A stretch of 51,684 bases of DNA, from IMG/VR virus record IMGVR_UViG_3300032046_000036, positions 1 through 51,684 of that record. One strand, given 5' to 3'. The position numbers and the translations under genes were made by a program. Origin of the DNA: a virus. Taxonomy: Duplodnaviria; Caudoviricetes. Of the stretch, positions 28,944 through 39,262 are shown piece after piece; positions within the stretch are counted from its first letter, which is position 1, and each line of letters opens with the position of its first letter. The notes under the pieces were generated by a model. That model searched no databases. It was not told the DNA's origin and saw nothing but the letters and a program-made list of their open reading frames with translations.

Positions 28944-30713
28944 TTATAAAACCTCCACCAGTTTCGTCTTTAACTGGTAATTCCCGTGCTGGCTTTTCTG
29001 CCAGGGAAAAGTGTCGTCGGCGAATCTGACCTTGATTTCGGTCTCACTATCAACAGGGGTATATAGCAAGACCCCGGCCCGCCCCTTCCTGTCTCTGAAC
29101 AGGTCAACCAGCCTATCTTTTGTAGATTTTGGGGCATTCTTCCACTTCAACTCAAAAGTCCTTATTTTCCTGTCGTGGACGGCCCGGCGAATGATTGCCC
29201 CGGTCGTAAAGGACGATTTCAACACCGCATATCTTTCCGTCTGCACAAACTCAAACTCCGGGGTGAGATTGAATATCGGCAAATCACCAGTCCCGCCCTC
29301 CTCAAGATAGTAATGGACATAGACATTGAAATTTTTCTCCCCCATTTTGATTAGGGTTATGATAATCGGGGCGTAGATTGATAAAGTAGTGGCATCATCC
29401 TCGTTGGAATAATCGCTGTCACCCGCCTCGTTATATGCCCGCACGCGGTAGTAATACTGGGTATTAGGTAGGACGGTCTTATCATTATAGGCCTCAACAT
29501 CGGCCCCGACAGTTCCTATCTGCGCATATTCACCGCCTGCCCCTGTTTTACGCTCAATTTTGAACCCGTCCTCATCACCCGAATTGTCATCCCAAGTAGA
29601 TTTCACCTCGCCTGAGGAAGCCGCCGTCGCCACCAAATTAGATGGCGGAGTCGGAGTAGCGGAGGAGTAGGTTATTTCTATATAAGGTCGTTTCATTGGG
29701 TCAACGGCGTAATTTCGTGAATACCACTCTGTCCCTCTACCATCCATATAAATAAGTGACCCAGTAAGCAGGAGATGTGTATTACTTCCCCAAGTTAATC
29801 CTGAAATAGGATTAGTTGCACCTGGCCCTAAATCCCAATTTTCCCAACCCCAAACACCTACTCCTAACGGACTATTAGTTGTGTCTACTATTGTTGCTGA
29901 ATAATCCCCACCTGCCGTAGCCCAATTACTTGCCCCATTATACTTATTCCAAGTTGCACCCAACTCTGTCCACGCTGTTTGAGTTAATTGGTGAACTTCT
30001 ACGGTAGTTATTTTTCCCCAATCATACCATTTATAAAGATATAGTTTTATCGCACTAATTGTTCCCGTTCCGCCTGGTAAAGTAAAGTGAATGCAACCAT
30101 TGATATTCTTGCTGGACAAATTGATGTGGACAGCGATACCCATATCGGTTCCGTAATTAGTATTAGGAGAGACTTTATAAAGGAAGGTGTCTTTATTGTT
30201 CGTTGCCGTAGTATCCGTTGCATCATAAGTCTTAATCGGATAAAGATTTTTTAGTGTCTCTGGAACGGATACAAATAATTCTTTATCCTTTATCTCAAAG
30301 GTAATTCTCTGGATAACTTTTTCATCTATTGTCTTACTCTCTGGCAGTTTAGCATCAAGATTCTTAAAAGGTTCAATCTCTTTCTTGCAGATGAATGGGT
30401 CTTTGAACCGATATATCCGTGTGCCTTTCTTATCAAAGCACTCAACTACCTTCTTATCATCAGAAACCTTTATCTCAGCCCAATCAGGTAAGTCTAAAAC
30501 TTTATGCGAAACTTCCCAAGCATCAAATACTATACCTTCGGGGAATGTTATATTAGGAATATCCTTAAACTTGTTATCCCAATAATGGAAGGCGTCCTGT
30601 CCGATAATAGCAATTCTCTTGCCGTTGCCAATATCAAAATGTTTGGTATTGTAATTGCGGAGACCAACCATCTCTGATTGCGGATTTTTTTGCCAGTCAA
30701 ATCTCTTTGCCAT
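28944..30713 (-). CDS. Multidomain virion protein: DNRLRE-like, Fn3 and C-terminal gpM/Dit-like domains
   Basis: DTFLY..PNTNYG, WTE..ATWN, RPYIEITY; P.NL.A..W.DNS..E.GFKIER..YYYRVRAYN; C-terminus resembles 19243-19662. Confidence 0.7.
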   Translation of the reverse strand: MAKRFDWQKNPQSEMVGLRNYNTKHFDIGNGKRIAIIGQDAFHYWDNKFKDIPNITFPEGIVFDAWEVSHKVLDLPDWAEIKVSDDKKVVECFDKKGTRIYRFKDPFICKKEIEPFKNLDAKLPESKTIDEKVIQRITFEIKDKELFVSVPETLKNLYPIKTYDATDTTATNNKDTFLYKVSPNTNYGTDMGIAVHINLSSKNINGCIHFTLPGGTGTISAIKLYLYKWYDWGKITTVEVHQLTQTAWTELGATWNKYNGASNWATAGGDYSATIVDTTNSPLGVGVWGWENWDLGPGATNPISGLTWGSNTHLLLTGSLIYMDGRGTEWYSRNYAVDPMKRPYIEITYSSATPTPPSNLVATAASSGEVKSTWDDNSGDEDGFKIERKTGAGGEYAQIGTVGADVEAYNDKTVLPNTQYYYRVRAYNEAGDSDYSNEDDATTLSIYAPIIITLIKMGEKNFNVYVHYYLEEGGTGDLPIFNLTPEFEFVQTERYAVLKSSFTTGAIIRRAVHDRKIRTFELKWKNAPKSTKDRLVDLFRDRKGRAGVLLYTPVDSETEIKVRFADDTFPWQKSQHGNYQLKTKLVEVL

Positions 30714-30768
30714 ATTATGTTTGGTATTCTATTACAAAGAATTCAACCTGAACTTCACCTCGTTCTGG

Positions 30769-31257
30769 TCATGAAGTATAATTTTTACGATGACATTTAA
30801 TACAAAGAGTAATGCCATTATTTATATCCCATAATGGAGTATAAATCATAGCCCCGTTATACAAAGAAAATAATGGCAAATTCCTTTTAATCTCATCTAA
30901 TAAAATGCTAAATGGTTTTATATGGTGGGCTTCTAATTCTCCACCAAATTGCCCACATTTTTGACAGATAAAATTATCTCTAATAAAAATATCTTGTCTC
31001 CATTTAGCATATCTTGAATGGGAGCGGATTATTAAACCGATTGCTGTTTTGCCACCTTTCCATTGATAATTTTTTTCTTTTAATGCTCCTTTTCTTGAAC
31101 CAACAGGATTAACCTTGCCCTTTTTATGTTGATTGCCAATCATCTGTATTCTATGTTTTTCTCTACATTCTTTAGTAATAATCCTATACTTATTTGCCTC
31201 GCCTATTTTATTGCGGGATTTTTCTGATAATTTATGGCCTTTTATAAATTTACCCAT
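30769..31257 (-). mobile_element. Free-standing NUMOD3-HNH homing endonuclease
   Basis: GHKLSEKSRNKI, WKGG, RDNFICQKCG..LEAHHIK..NGITLC.KCH; AT-rich. Confidence 0.9.
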
Positions 31258-31262
31258 AATTT

Positions 31263-31601
31263 TTATACTATTTGATTAAGCCTAAACTGGACTTCGTTTT
31301 GGTCTTTAAGATATTTTGGATGAATATCTATTAAGGTATCTCCTGCACTGTTGCGAATAATACATTTATAATTTCCATTCGTCCACTGCACCGCCGAAGT
31401 CGTGGCTATGGTAACAATATACCTGCCCGGTTCGTCGGAATCTTCCGTGAGTGAGATGTGGTCGTTGGTGCCTGAAATACTGCCCTTGGCCTTGAAAGTG
31501 GAATTGGAAGTGTCCCAATATAGACCATCAACCACTTTTTCTATACTGAAATAAATAGTTAATCCGGTTGTTATTTTTACAAGGTCAACTGTCATACTCA
31601 T
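31263..31601 (-). CDS. Hypothetical virion-module protein (HNH insertion target)
   Basis: AGGAG RBS; C-terminal codons duplicated at 30732-30776. Confidence 0.7.
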   Translation of the reverse strand: MSMTVDLVKITTGLTIYFSIEKVVDGLYWDTSNSTFKAKGSISGTNDHISLTEDSDEPGRYIVTIATTSAVQWTNGNYKCIIRNSAGDTLIDIHPKYLKDQNEVQFRLNQIV

Positions 31602-31611
31602 AATTTATCTC

Positions 31612-32193
31612 CTAAAATCTCTTGATGATTTCCCCTATGGCCGTGTTCAATACAACGGCAATATTATTTGCCTCTTGTTCCCACGTAGTAAACATTGAAA
31701 GTCTGGGTGGTATAGTAACACTCTTTACCAGCACATACATAGGCACACCATCCACCGTCCTCAGCAAGGGATTGCCGGCCCTACTCAATCCCCCAAACTT
31801 TAGGCCGGGGACATCACGCGGAGATTTGTATCTGCTAACCCCTGCCGCAGTTTTGGCTGGGCCAAGAGGTATTGCCAGGTATTTTGTGTTTCTTGGAACT
31901 ATCGTCCCGCCGAACTCGTGTATCGGTGCATACTTGCTGTCGGAGTATATGCTCAGGGTCAGGCTGTCTATGTTCTCACCAAAGACCACCCTACCGAAAG
32001 AACCTACCAAAGCCCCTGTCCGGCGGGCAAGCGATTTAATGCCCGCGCCCGATAACCGTTCCCTTGTCAGTTTGACAATGAACTCACCGCCTACCTGACG
32101 GAAAGCCCTGCCCATCTCACCGAATAGTTTAGCAGGGAACTCGGTGATGGCTTTGTTAAAACCGTCTGCGTCCAAGCGAATTTCTATGCCCAT
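31612..32193 (-). CDS. Neck/tail completion protein
   Basis: RRTGAL..S, YAPIHEFGGTI, SVTIPPR. Confidence 0.75.
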   Translation of the reverse strand: MGIEIRLDADGFNKAITEFPAKLFGEMGRAFRQVGGEFIVKLTRERLSGAGIKSLARRTGALVGSFGRVVFGENIDSLTLSIYSDSKYAPIHEFGGTIVPRNTKYLAIPLGPAKTAAGVSRYKSPRDVPGLKFGGLSRAGNPLLRTVDGVPMYVLVKSVTIPPRLSMFTTWEQEANNIAVVLNTAIGEIIKRF

Positions 32194-32201
32194 TCTTCCC
32201 C

Positions 32202-33008
32202 CTAACCTACCAGTCCTATTCTCTTGTATCCGCTCAATATCCGTTTGACTTCCGGTAGGAAATCAATCGGGTCATAGGTTGCTATTGAACCACCCTCTAT
32301 GCTCACATTCCGCAATCCAATTTCATTTTTACGCTGGAACTGGAATGCTGATTGCAGTTCGCAAGCATAGGCAAGGTCGGGATATGTAACCACAAGAGGT
32401 ATCTGGGTAACTGTCTTTAACTTGCTGGTGGCAGATGATGTTCCGCCGGTCAGGGTTTCCCCAATTTCAAACTCACCGCTGACCATTGTTATTGCTATAG
32501 CCGAGTCTGTCTGGCTTACCAGCAGTCCCTTAGCCCCGCTGAGATTGCCCGTGATTGTCTCGCCGACAACATATGTCCCGACTTTGGTTTCAATAGTCCC
32601 CAGCAGTCTATCTGCGGAAAGTGATAAGCCGCCCGTGTATTGAATCTTTAGCGAACCATCACCTGCCGAAACTGTATATCTGTCCATTTTAATTCTACCA
32701 GTTTCGGCTTCCACATAATAGTTGTCGGTATCAATCTCCGTTCCGCTTCCCCATTCCCTTGCCGTATCGTGCCATATTTTGAATGTCTGGTCAGTGTCTA
32801 TCGGCACACCCTTGACTACAAATATCCGCTGGTCGTATTCGGTGTCAAATTGTTCAGTCCGTTCCTTCTTCTCAATGTAGCGGTCAAAAAGAGGCGATTT
32901 TTCTATTGCCTTTGATACGGCATTGATAATCTGGGTGAAGATTTTGTCGTCAACAATCCCTTCATAGACGATTAGTTGTTTCACCCTATGTATATTTGTC
33001 AGGTTCAT
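32202..33008 (-). CDS. Head-tail adaptor with inserted GET.TG..S.A repeats
   Basis: I.AVS..IE, IQYTGG, PDL..AC, PEVK.IL..Y. Confidence 0.75.
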   Translation of the reverse strand: MNLTNIHRVKQLIVYEGIVDDKIFTQIINAVSKAIEKSPLFDRYIEKKERTEQFDTEYDQRIFVVKGVPIDTDQTFKIWHDTAREWGSGTEIDTDNYYVEAETGRIKMDRYTVSAGDGSLKIQYTGGLSLSADRLLGTIETKVGTYVVGETITGNLSGAKGLLVSQTDSAIAITMVSGEFEIGETLTGGTSSATSKLKTVTQIPLVVTYPDLAYACELQSAFQFQRKNEIGLRNVSIEGGSIATYDPIDFLPEVKRILSGYKRIGLVG

Positions 33009-33113
33009 AGCCTTGTTCCCCCTGTATAATGATATTATAATTGCATACGGGTTCTTTAATAACCCGTATCATTGGACTTTTGGGATTAGCAGAAATATCT
33101 GTTCCCGAAGCCA

Positions 33114-33326
33114 TTATTTCTTTGTCTTGGGATTCTTCACCGCCTTGTCGGTTGTCGGCTCATCCATCGCCTTCTGCAAGGTTTCCTTAACCTCCTCAAC
33201 CTTCCACTCCTGCCCTTTGATTCCATCGGCGGTCATCTTAATTATATTGCCCCCTATTTTGACCTGCCTGTTCGTTCCCTCTCCGATGAAGAAGGAATAC
33301 CCTGTCCTTACCTTGTATTCCGGCAT
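33114..33326 (-). CDS. Hypothetical head-module protein
   Basis: AAGGAGG RBS. Confidence 0.65.
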   Translation of the reverse strand: MPEYKVRTGYSFFIGEGTNRQVKIGGNIIKMTADGIKGQEWKVEEVKETLQKAMDEPTTDKAVKNPKTKK

Positions 33327-33426
33327 AATGCCCTCCTTTCTTGCTGGTTAATGTTCCTGTTCCTGTTAGTGAAAACTATATATAATGACTGGTTCGGGCC
33401 CTGATGACCCGAACCTTGTGCCTCTA

Positions 33427-33831
33427 TTAAGAGGCTGGTTTTATCTGGGCTTCACCCATTGAACACGACGCACCTACCAGGACGGTAGGACTGGAACCAC
33501 TCACAAAGGTGGTCGTCTGTGTGACCCGAATATACCTTTTCAGGCTTTTCAGGTCAACATCAATTTCCTTCACCGAATCGGCCGCAGTGATAGTCCCTGT
33601 GGCACCGCTCACATCCGCCGCATCGGAGAGGTTTGAGGCATCTCCGTGCTGGACTTTTATCGCCATTGACATACTGGTCGGAGACCCGCCAATTGCCCCT
33701 GTGATAACCGTCATAACCGCACTCTCATAACCCTTGCGGTCTATCACGGCACCATTCACCGCCGAACCGCCTGAATCCGACTGCGGACTCAATGCACGGA
33801 CAGTCTTGAGTTCACTACCTGTGTCTTTCAT
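33427..33831 (-). CDS. Head decoration/cement-like protein
   Basis: NG.VIDRKGYESA and KRYIRV; follows MCP. Confidence 0.65.
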   Translation of the reverse strand: MKDTGSELKTVRALSPQSDSGGSAVNGAVIDRKGYESAVMTVITGAIGGSPTSMSMAIKVQHGDASNLSDAADVSGATGTITAADSVKEIDVDLKSLKRYIRVTQTTTFVSGSSPTVLVGASCSMGEAQIKPAS

Positions 33832-33859
33832 ATCTTTCTCCTTATATTAGTAACTGGTT

Positions 33860-33889
33860 AAAAAGGGGCGGGTTGATTGCCCGCCCCTT
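33860..33889 (-). terminator. Intrinsic terminator after the major capsid gene
   Basis: GGGGCGGG-CAATCAA-CCCGCCCC-TTTTT. Confidence 0.8.
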
Positions 33890-33922
33890 CAACCCTTTGA
33901 CTTAAATACAACCCTTGATTGG

Positions 33923-35101
33923 TTACGCCAAGGCATCACTGCACAGGCAGAAGGATTCCGGATGCCTGAGAGCAATATCCACTTCCTGGATTATCCTGAC
34001 CCAGGTCTGGTTCTTCTCAAAAGCCTCGCCGGTCTCCATTGACGCCAATATTTCCAGTCCACCCCATTCGGCAATTATAAGGTCTGCCCAGTTACCGAAA
34101 TAGATTTCCGAACACACGGCTCCGCTTCCGCCTTTCACCAAGTTAATCGGAATCTGGGTGGTCTTCCTCACCGGGAATCCCGCAATGGTGAACTTACCAG
34201 GTGCGGTCGGGTCTGGCTGGAGATAATATTGCCCGTAAGTGTCCTTCAGTTTCCGCAGGGCATTCCAGGTTCTCGGATGCACCCCAAACCCCAACTTGCC
34301 GTCATCGGCATTGGCTAACTCAATTGAATAGAGCATATCATAGAGGTTATCAATAGTCGGGCTTGCTCCATTCGTGCCAAGTGCCAATGTGTTAATACTT
34401 GGGGTATTGGCAATACCCATCGGTTGGTTGGCAGTGCCACTGCCACGCAGGGCCGCAAGGTCAATCAGCCTCGCCAGAGTCAAGGCGATGTCGTTTCTGA
34501 CAAGCGCCTCGGCCGAGGGATTGGACAGTTTGAGCAATCGGTTTGACAGTTTCGTCATAGCCGACGCCTGTTTCGGGGTCAGACTCAACTGACCAAGGGT
34601 CGGGTCGCTAGCGGTGATTGCCGAGTTCTGCCCTACCCAGTAACCCGTTGCACCACCGGTCTGCTTCGGTATTTCTACCGGCGAACCGGTCAACCCGTCC
34701 AGGATGGTCGCACCCAGTTCACGAACCACTGTCTTTGCCCGAAGTAGTTCAATGACCTCTGCGACATACTCGGTTGGAACAATATATCCGCCGGCAGGCC
34801 CGGTATCCGTCCCGAGTGCTTTCCTTACCTGGTCTGAAACTTCCTTCTCAAACGGGGCATGGTCCCAGTTCTTAGTGGCTATCGCCACAATCATACGCTG
34901 GAACGAAAACTTGCCCTTGTTCTTGCCATCGTTGATGCCAGGGATGGATACTATCCTTGATTTATTAGCACCTTCTACCACAACAAGCCTCTGCTCCACA
35001 GACAAAATTTTCCCGTCTATTTCGCCAACTTGTGCGGAGACTTTACCCACGCTCTCATTAAGAGCCTTGAGCATAGCCAGTGCTTCTTCTTCCTTTGTCA
35101 T
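33923..35101 (-). CDS. Major capsid protein, HK97 fold
   Basis: GGYIVPTE, IP.QTG..GYWVG, LTPK, G.G..NQPMGI, FGNW. Confidence 0.95.
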   Translation of the reverse strand: MTKEEEALAMLKALNESVGKVSAQVGEIDGKILSVEQRLVVVEGANKSRIVSIPGINDGKNKGKFSFQRMIVAIATKNWDHAPFEKEVSDQVRKALGTDTGPAGGYIVPTEYVAEVIELLRAKTVVRELGATILDGLTGSPVEIPKQTGGATGYWVGQNSAITASDPTLGQLSLTPKQASAMTKLSNRLLKLSNPSAEALVRNDIALTLARLIDLAALRGSGTANQPMGIANTPSINTLALGTNGASPTIDNLYDMLYSIELANADDGKLGFGVHPRTWNALRKLKDTYGQYYLQPDPTAPGKFTIAGFPVRKTTQIPINLVKGGSGAVCSEIYFGNWADLIIAEWGGLEILASMETGEAFEKNQTWVRIIQEVDIALRHPESFCLCSDALA

Positions 35102-35115
35102 AACTTTCTCCTTTC

Positions 35116-36624
35116 TTATGGTTTAGGGTTCAGTTTATCATTAATCCCCTTGCCTTCCGTAAGGATAGCAGAGTAAAGGCTTTCCCCTTCGGTCTCTCCC
35201 TTAGGCTTATCGCCGGGATTGACCGGGGTTACCACTTTGCCTTCCTCAGGAAGTCTGGAGAGGATTTCCGTAACATTATCTTTTGTCAAACCAAGTTCAA
35301 TGGCCATACGGCTAATCGTATTAGTCATTCCATCAACTGCAACTAACATTTGTTGTATCATTTCTTCTATCTTAATTTCAGGGAATAACTTTGCCAGTTC
35401 TACTGCAGAGTATTCCCTGAATTCTGGCGCCTCTTTATCCCAGTGGACATAATGTCGTTTTAGATGGTTGAAAATTCCCTTACGGTCTCCCGCAGGAACA
35501 TCTATACCACCCCTCCCACCAAGCAATGCACCCATAGCCGCACGCACTCCACCCCATACCGCCTTGTTACCGCCATCCTTCCTGTGGTGTGGCAGTTTAT
35601 AGGATGCCCTTATGTCCGGGTTCGCACTGTCAACCCAGGCACATATCTTCTTGAGGACGTCCGGCTCTGTCCCCACGGTCTCAGCCGAGGCACTCCATGG
35701 TGCGTTCTCACTATCAAACCCGTAGTCGTGATAAGGAATAATGCCTTTTTCTATAGCATCCCCTTCAATATCACAATCCACTTCTTCTATATCTTTCCAT
35801 TCCGGCAATAACTCCCCTTTTCCTATATCTGGATGGTCGGCTACCCATTTCTTAGCAGTAGCCAAAGTCCACTCCGGCTTGGGGAATCTCAGGGCTTGGA
35901 TTTTCGTCCCGCCGGTAGGGTCTGTCTTCAAAGGGCCGACCAGCATAAAGATATTTACCCCCGGCATCTTTGCCCGGCGTATCCGCACGAATAAATCGGG
36001 ATTGCGGACGCGGTATCTTATCTCCGTCCAGTCTGGTTCGTCTTCCCAGATTTTCTCCGATATTTGTTCCCGTTCCTTACGGCTTATGAAAAACTTGTCC
36101 TCCATTACTTTCAGTTCTTCCTCATTGAATACCCCTTTTTGGAATGAATCAACCAGTGCATTGGGGTTGCACGGAATGGGGACAGCCGATAGTTCAAGTA
36201 GTTCCTGCGACAGAAAGTTCCTACCTCTTGCTATAGGATTGCCTTCTTCATCAAGCCTCGGCTCTGTCTTGTGTGGGATAAAACCTACCGAAGTCGCTTT
36301 CATAAACCCTCCACGATAAAGTTTGAAGATTGTATTGGCAAATGGGTAGGTATCCTTATCGGCAAACTTTATATTAAACCTTAACTTCCTGTCTTCCTTC
36401 TTTACCTCAACTGCCTTGCCGATGGGCGGTTGCTTGTAATCGTGAGCCCACATAAAGACGGGATTCTTCAGATAATTGTCAAGTTCCCATCCGTCAACCG
36501 AAATCACATCATCGTCGCGGTCAGGTGTTTCGTCAGAGCCAGTAAAAGACAATGTGTTTTCTTCGCCTTCTACTTCTTTGACCTCAAAATTAAATATCTT
36601 CTTCATTAGTTCTACCATATTCAT
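35116..36624 (-). CDS. HK97-type prohead protease with extra C-terminal domains
   Basis: DRDDDVI..DGW, NPVFMWAHD, SVGF, ELLELSAVPIPCNPNA. Confidence 0.9.
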   Translation of the reverse strand: MNMVELMKKIFNFEVKEVEGEENTLSFTGSDETPDRDDDVISVDGWELDNYLKNPVFMWAHDYKQPPIGKAVEVKKEDRKLRFNIKFADKDTYPFANTIFKLYRGGFMKATSVGFIPHKTEPRLDEEGNPIARGRNFLSQELLELSAVPIPCNPNALVDSFQKGVFNEEELKVMEDKFFISRKEREQISEKIWEDEPDWTEIRYRVRNPDLFVRIRRAKMPGVNIFMLVGPLKTDPTGGTKIQALRFPKPEWTLATAKKWVADHPDIGKGELLPEWKDIEEVDCDIEGDAIEKGIIPYHDYGFDSENAPWSASAETVGTEPDVLKKICAWVDSANPDIRASYKLPHHRKDGGNKAVWGGVRAAMGALLGGRGGIDVPAGDRKGIFNHLKRHYVHWDKEAPEFREYSAVELAKLFPEIKIEEMIQQMLVAVDGMTNTISRMAIELGLTKDNVTEILSRLPEEGKVVTPVNPGDKPKGETEGESLYSAILTEGKGINDKLNPKP

Positions 36625-36638
36625 ATCCTCCTATTATT

Positions 36639-38783
36639 TTACGGCGCCTTGCTTGGTAGTGCTATGCACCGACAGTTTATCACATTACCGGGTTCGCCTT
36701 CTATATCTGACGGGTATTTCAACCCGTTTGAGAATTTGTTACCAACCATTATAACCTCTCCATCTATAGCGTGGTTATAAGGGCTTGCAGGCGGTTGCCT
36801 GACGAATTCATCTCTTGCTGATAACCACTCGTGATATTCCATCCCTTCCATTCTCATAGCCAGAAACCGCGTGCCGGATGAGGTCTGTGCGGTTTCTGTT
36901 CGGGCTATGGTTAGGGAACGGTTAGATGTGAAATTAAATACCGTCTTTATCCTGTCCTGTAATTCGTTTATAGTTTCTTTGGCATTGATACCTTCCATCA
37001 GTGTTTCTCGCAGATTGCTTCTAACGGTGTCATTTATGCCGACTACTTTTATCAGTTTCTTGTTAAGAAATTCAATCATTTTAGGGTCTGTTAAGTTGAA
37101 CAGAAATAGTCCGCCAGTTTCTTCTGCAAGTTGCTGTCCTGCCATTGTCATAATCGTTTCATAAAGCGGTCTCGTTATTTCCTTCAACCGCTTATTCCAT
37201 TCCTCTTGTGCAAATAATATCTGGTCAATATCTGAAGCCTCAACCTTTATAATGTCTTTTCCCCCTTCAAGTCGTTTCAATTGGTTGACGCGTAATTCAT
37301 AGACATACCGTTTTATCTTGCTCTGGAATTTTTTCTCATTGGGGTCAAGTATTTTCTCTACATAACTATCCCAATATTTCTTGCGGTCTATTTTTAGTGT
37401 TGACTGCCTTCGGACTGTCTCCTGTGCAGGTGGCGTTCTGGGTGACTGTTCTTCACTACCACCAACCAGTGATGATGCAGGGACTAATGCGAATGGAATA
37501 AACGACTCATTACCCCATGGGACATCTTCAAGATTGAGTTCCAGTCTCTTATTTATCTTGTTCAAGGGATAGTGCATATCAAATAATATCTTGGCTGACT
37601 CAAGTTTTACCTTGAAGTCTTCCTGCAATGCCTCAATTATAGAAGTATCAAAGTATCCCCATATCTGACCACCTTCAATGAACTTAAAGAATTTCCCCTC
37701 AACCACATCCATTAGGTAGTTCATCTTGGGTATGAGATTCTTCTGCCAAAAGCCTTTGTCTTGGGAAAGGGCGGTGGCGAAATTTAGGTCTTCATAGACT
37801 GACAGTTCCGATTTCGGCACTTTGAAAACCGCCATAATTTCGTCCCGATTCCACTTCCTCTGCTCAAGAAACAGCATATCGGTATGGCTTAACTGCGTCT
37901 GCTGGTATTCAATCCCGCCCTCCAGCATCGCTATCCGTCTCGCCTTACCCGGCCCTTTGTGCCTATCTTCCCACGACTGTCTGATGGCGGTTCGCTGTTC
38001 TTCAGTAAGCCCTTGCGTGCCTTTATAGACCAGTATACCACCGGGGTCGGCAGAATTCTCAAAGAACGCCGAGTTCCATCTCATTGCGTTCCAGTCCTGG
38101 TCTATTCCCATCTTTGCGGCGGAAAGTGGGGACAGCCCCCTGTAATAATTATAGGGATTGAAATATTTGAACTGGATGACCTGGGCAAGAGTGAGGTTAA
38201 TCGGCTCTAACTTGTTATCTTCCCTGTATTCCCATCCTATAATCATATTGTTTTTGACAATGGGCTTGAATTTTCTTCCGCTGACCGGCCATATTTCTGT
38301 AGGCAAAACCTCGTATTTTTCTTCACTCCCTTTCGGCTTCTCCAGTAACCACATACACTCGCCATCCAGCCCCAGATAAATCATTGTCGCTTCCCATAAC
38401 TGGCTCCGGCTTATACTGGGATTAGGATTGAGGAAAAGGTCGTATATCTTGCCTTCCTCAATTATCTTCGGGCTTTTTACCTCTCCTTTTGCCAGTTTGA
38501 ATGAGACTCTGGCTATATTCTGAGCGATGGCATTGATGCATCCATAAACCCACGAGTGCTGTGCGTATGGTTGTGTGAGTTCGTTCTGACCAAGCCTCAG
38601 CCTCAGGGATTGGAAGAAAGTAAGGTCGTCAGGAAGCGTTCCTACTTGCGACCCCTTGACCTTGCCATAAAGGAATTGGCGGGTTGTCCTATCAAGCGGT
38701 TTTGTTTCAGTCTTCACCGCCTTGGATGGTTTCGGTAACCTGTATTTGACTATCCGTTTTATATCGCTTTTTTTATTACTCAT
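36639..38783 (-). CDS. Portal protein fused to Mu gpF-like minor head domain
   Basis: VYGCINAIA, RGLSPL, FFENSA.PGGIL, FKVP; C-terminal IARTET, W.SARD..VR, NCRC. Confidence 0.9.
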   Translation of the reverse strand: MSNKKSDIKRIVKYRLPKPSKAVKTETKPLDRTTRQFLYGKVKGSQVGTLPDDLTFFQSLRLRLGQNELTQPYAQHSWVYGCINAIAQNIARVSFKLAKGEVKSPKIIEEGKIYDLFLNPNPSISRSQLWEATMIYLGLDGECMWLLEKPKGSEEKYEVLPTEIWPVSGRKFKPIVKNNMIIGWEYREDNKLEPINLTLAQVIQFKYFNPYNYYRGLSPLSAAKMGIDQDWNAMRWNSAFFENSADPGGILVYKGTQGLTEEQRTAIRQSWEDRHKGPGKARRIAMLEGGIEYQQTQLSHTDMLFLEQRKWNRDEIMAVFKVPKSELSVYEDLNFATALSQDKGFWQKNLIPKMNYLMDVVEGKFFKFIEGGQIWGYFDTSIIEALQEDFKVKLESAKILFDMHYPLNKINKRLELNLEDVPWGNESFIPFALVPASSLVGGSEEQSPRTPPAQETVRRQSTLKIDRKKYWDSYVEKILDPNEKKFQSKIKRYVYELRVNQLKRLEGGKDIIKVEASDIDQILFAQEEWNKRLKEITRPLYETIMTMAGQQLAEETGGLFLFNLTDPKMIEFLNKKLIKVVGINDTVRSNLRETLMEGINAKETINELQDRIKTVFNFTSNRSLTIARTETAQTSSGTRFLAMRMEGMEYHEWLSARDEFVRQPPASPYNHAIDGEVIMVGNKFSNGLKYPSDIEGEPGNVINCRCIALPSKAP

Positions 38784-39096
38784 CTATACGGTTTAATTTT
38801 TCTATCATAAGATTGTGTGCATGGTGGGTCTCTGTTGCAAAGTCCTTGATTGATTGTGTCAAACTCATCTGTGCCTGTATGTTTTCATTAATGTGATTGC
38901 CCAAAAAGTTTTGATATTTCGCAGTAATTTCTTTCCTCTCTGTTGTTGCCTCGTCTAATGACTTGACAAATTGTGCTTGGATATTCTCCTGTGATTTGAC
39001 AAACTTTTTCACTAGCCACCCCAAGAAGGATAGAAGGATGACGATTAGTCCGGATTGAATCCCATAATCCTTTATGATAGTTGCGATTCCATCCAT
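38776..39096 (-). CDS. Single-TM coiled-coil protein (BhlA-like holin candidate)
   Basis: N-terminal TM followed by charged helical tail. Confidence 0.5.
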   Translation of the reverse strand: MDGIATIIKDYGIQSGLIVILLSFLGWLVKKFVKSQENIQAQFVKSLDEATTERKEITAKYQNFLGNHINENIQAQMSLTQSIKDFATETHHAHNLMIEKLNRIDE

Positions 39097-39110
39097 CTAC
39101 ATCTCCGTAT

Positions 39111-39146
39111 AAAAAAAAAGCCCGAATGATTCGTCATCACTCGGAC
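39111..39146 (-). terminator. Intrinsic terminator in the leader of the head/tail operon
   Basis: GTCCGAGTGAT-GACGA-ATCATTCGGGC followed by T9. Confidence 0.85.
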
Positions 39147-39166
39147 TTCGGTTCTTCCGTTAGTCC
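39143..39166 (-). promoter_or_regulatory. Candidate antiterminator hairpin (motif copy 1)
   Basis: GGAC-TAA-CGG-AAGAA-CCG-AA-GTCC shares GTCC with the terminator 5' arm. Confidence 0.6.
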
Positions 39167-39262
39167 TATTGGCGGGATTGACTGGCTTCTTGTTTTCTGG
39201 CTATTAGCCTAACTTTTTGCCTTCTCTGTCGCACCCGCCTAAATTGACTTAATTATGCTATA

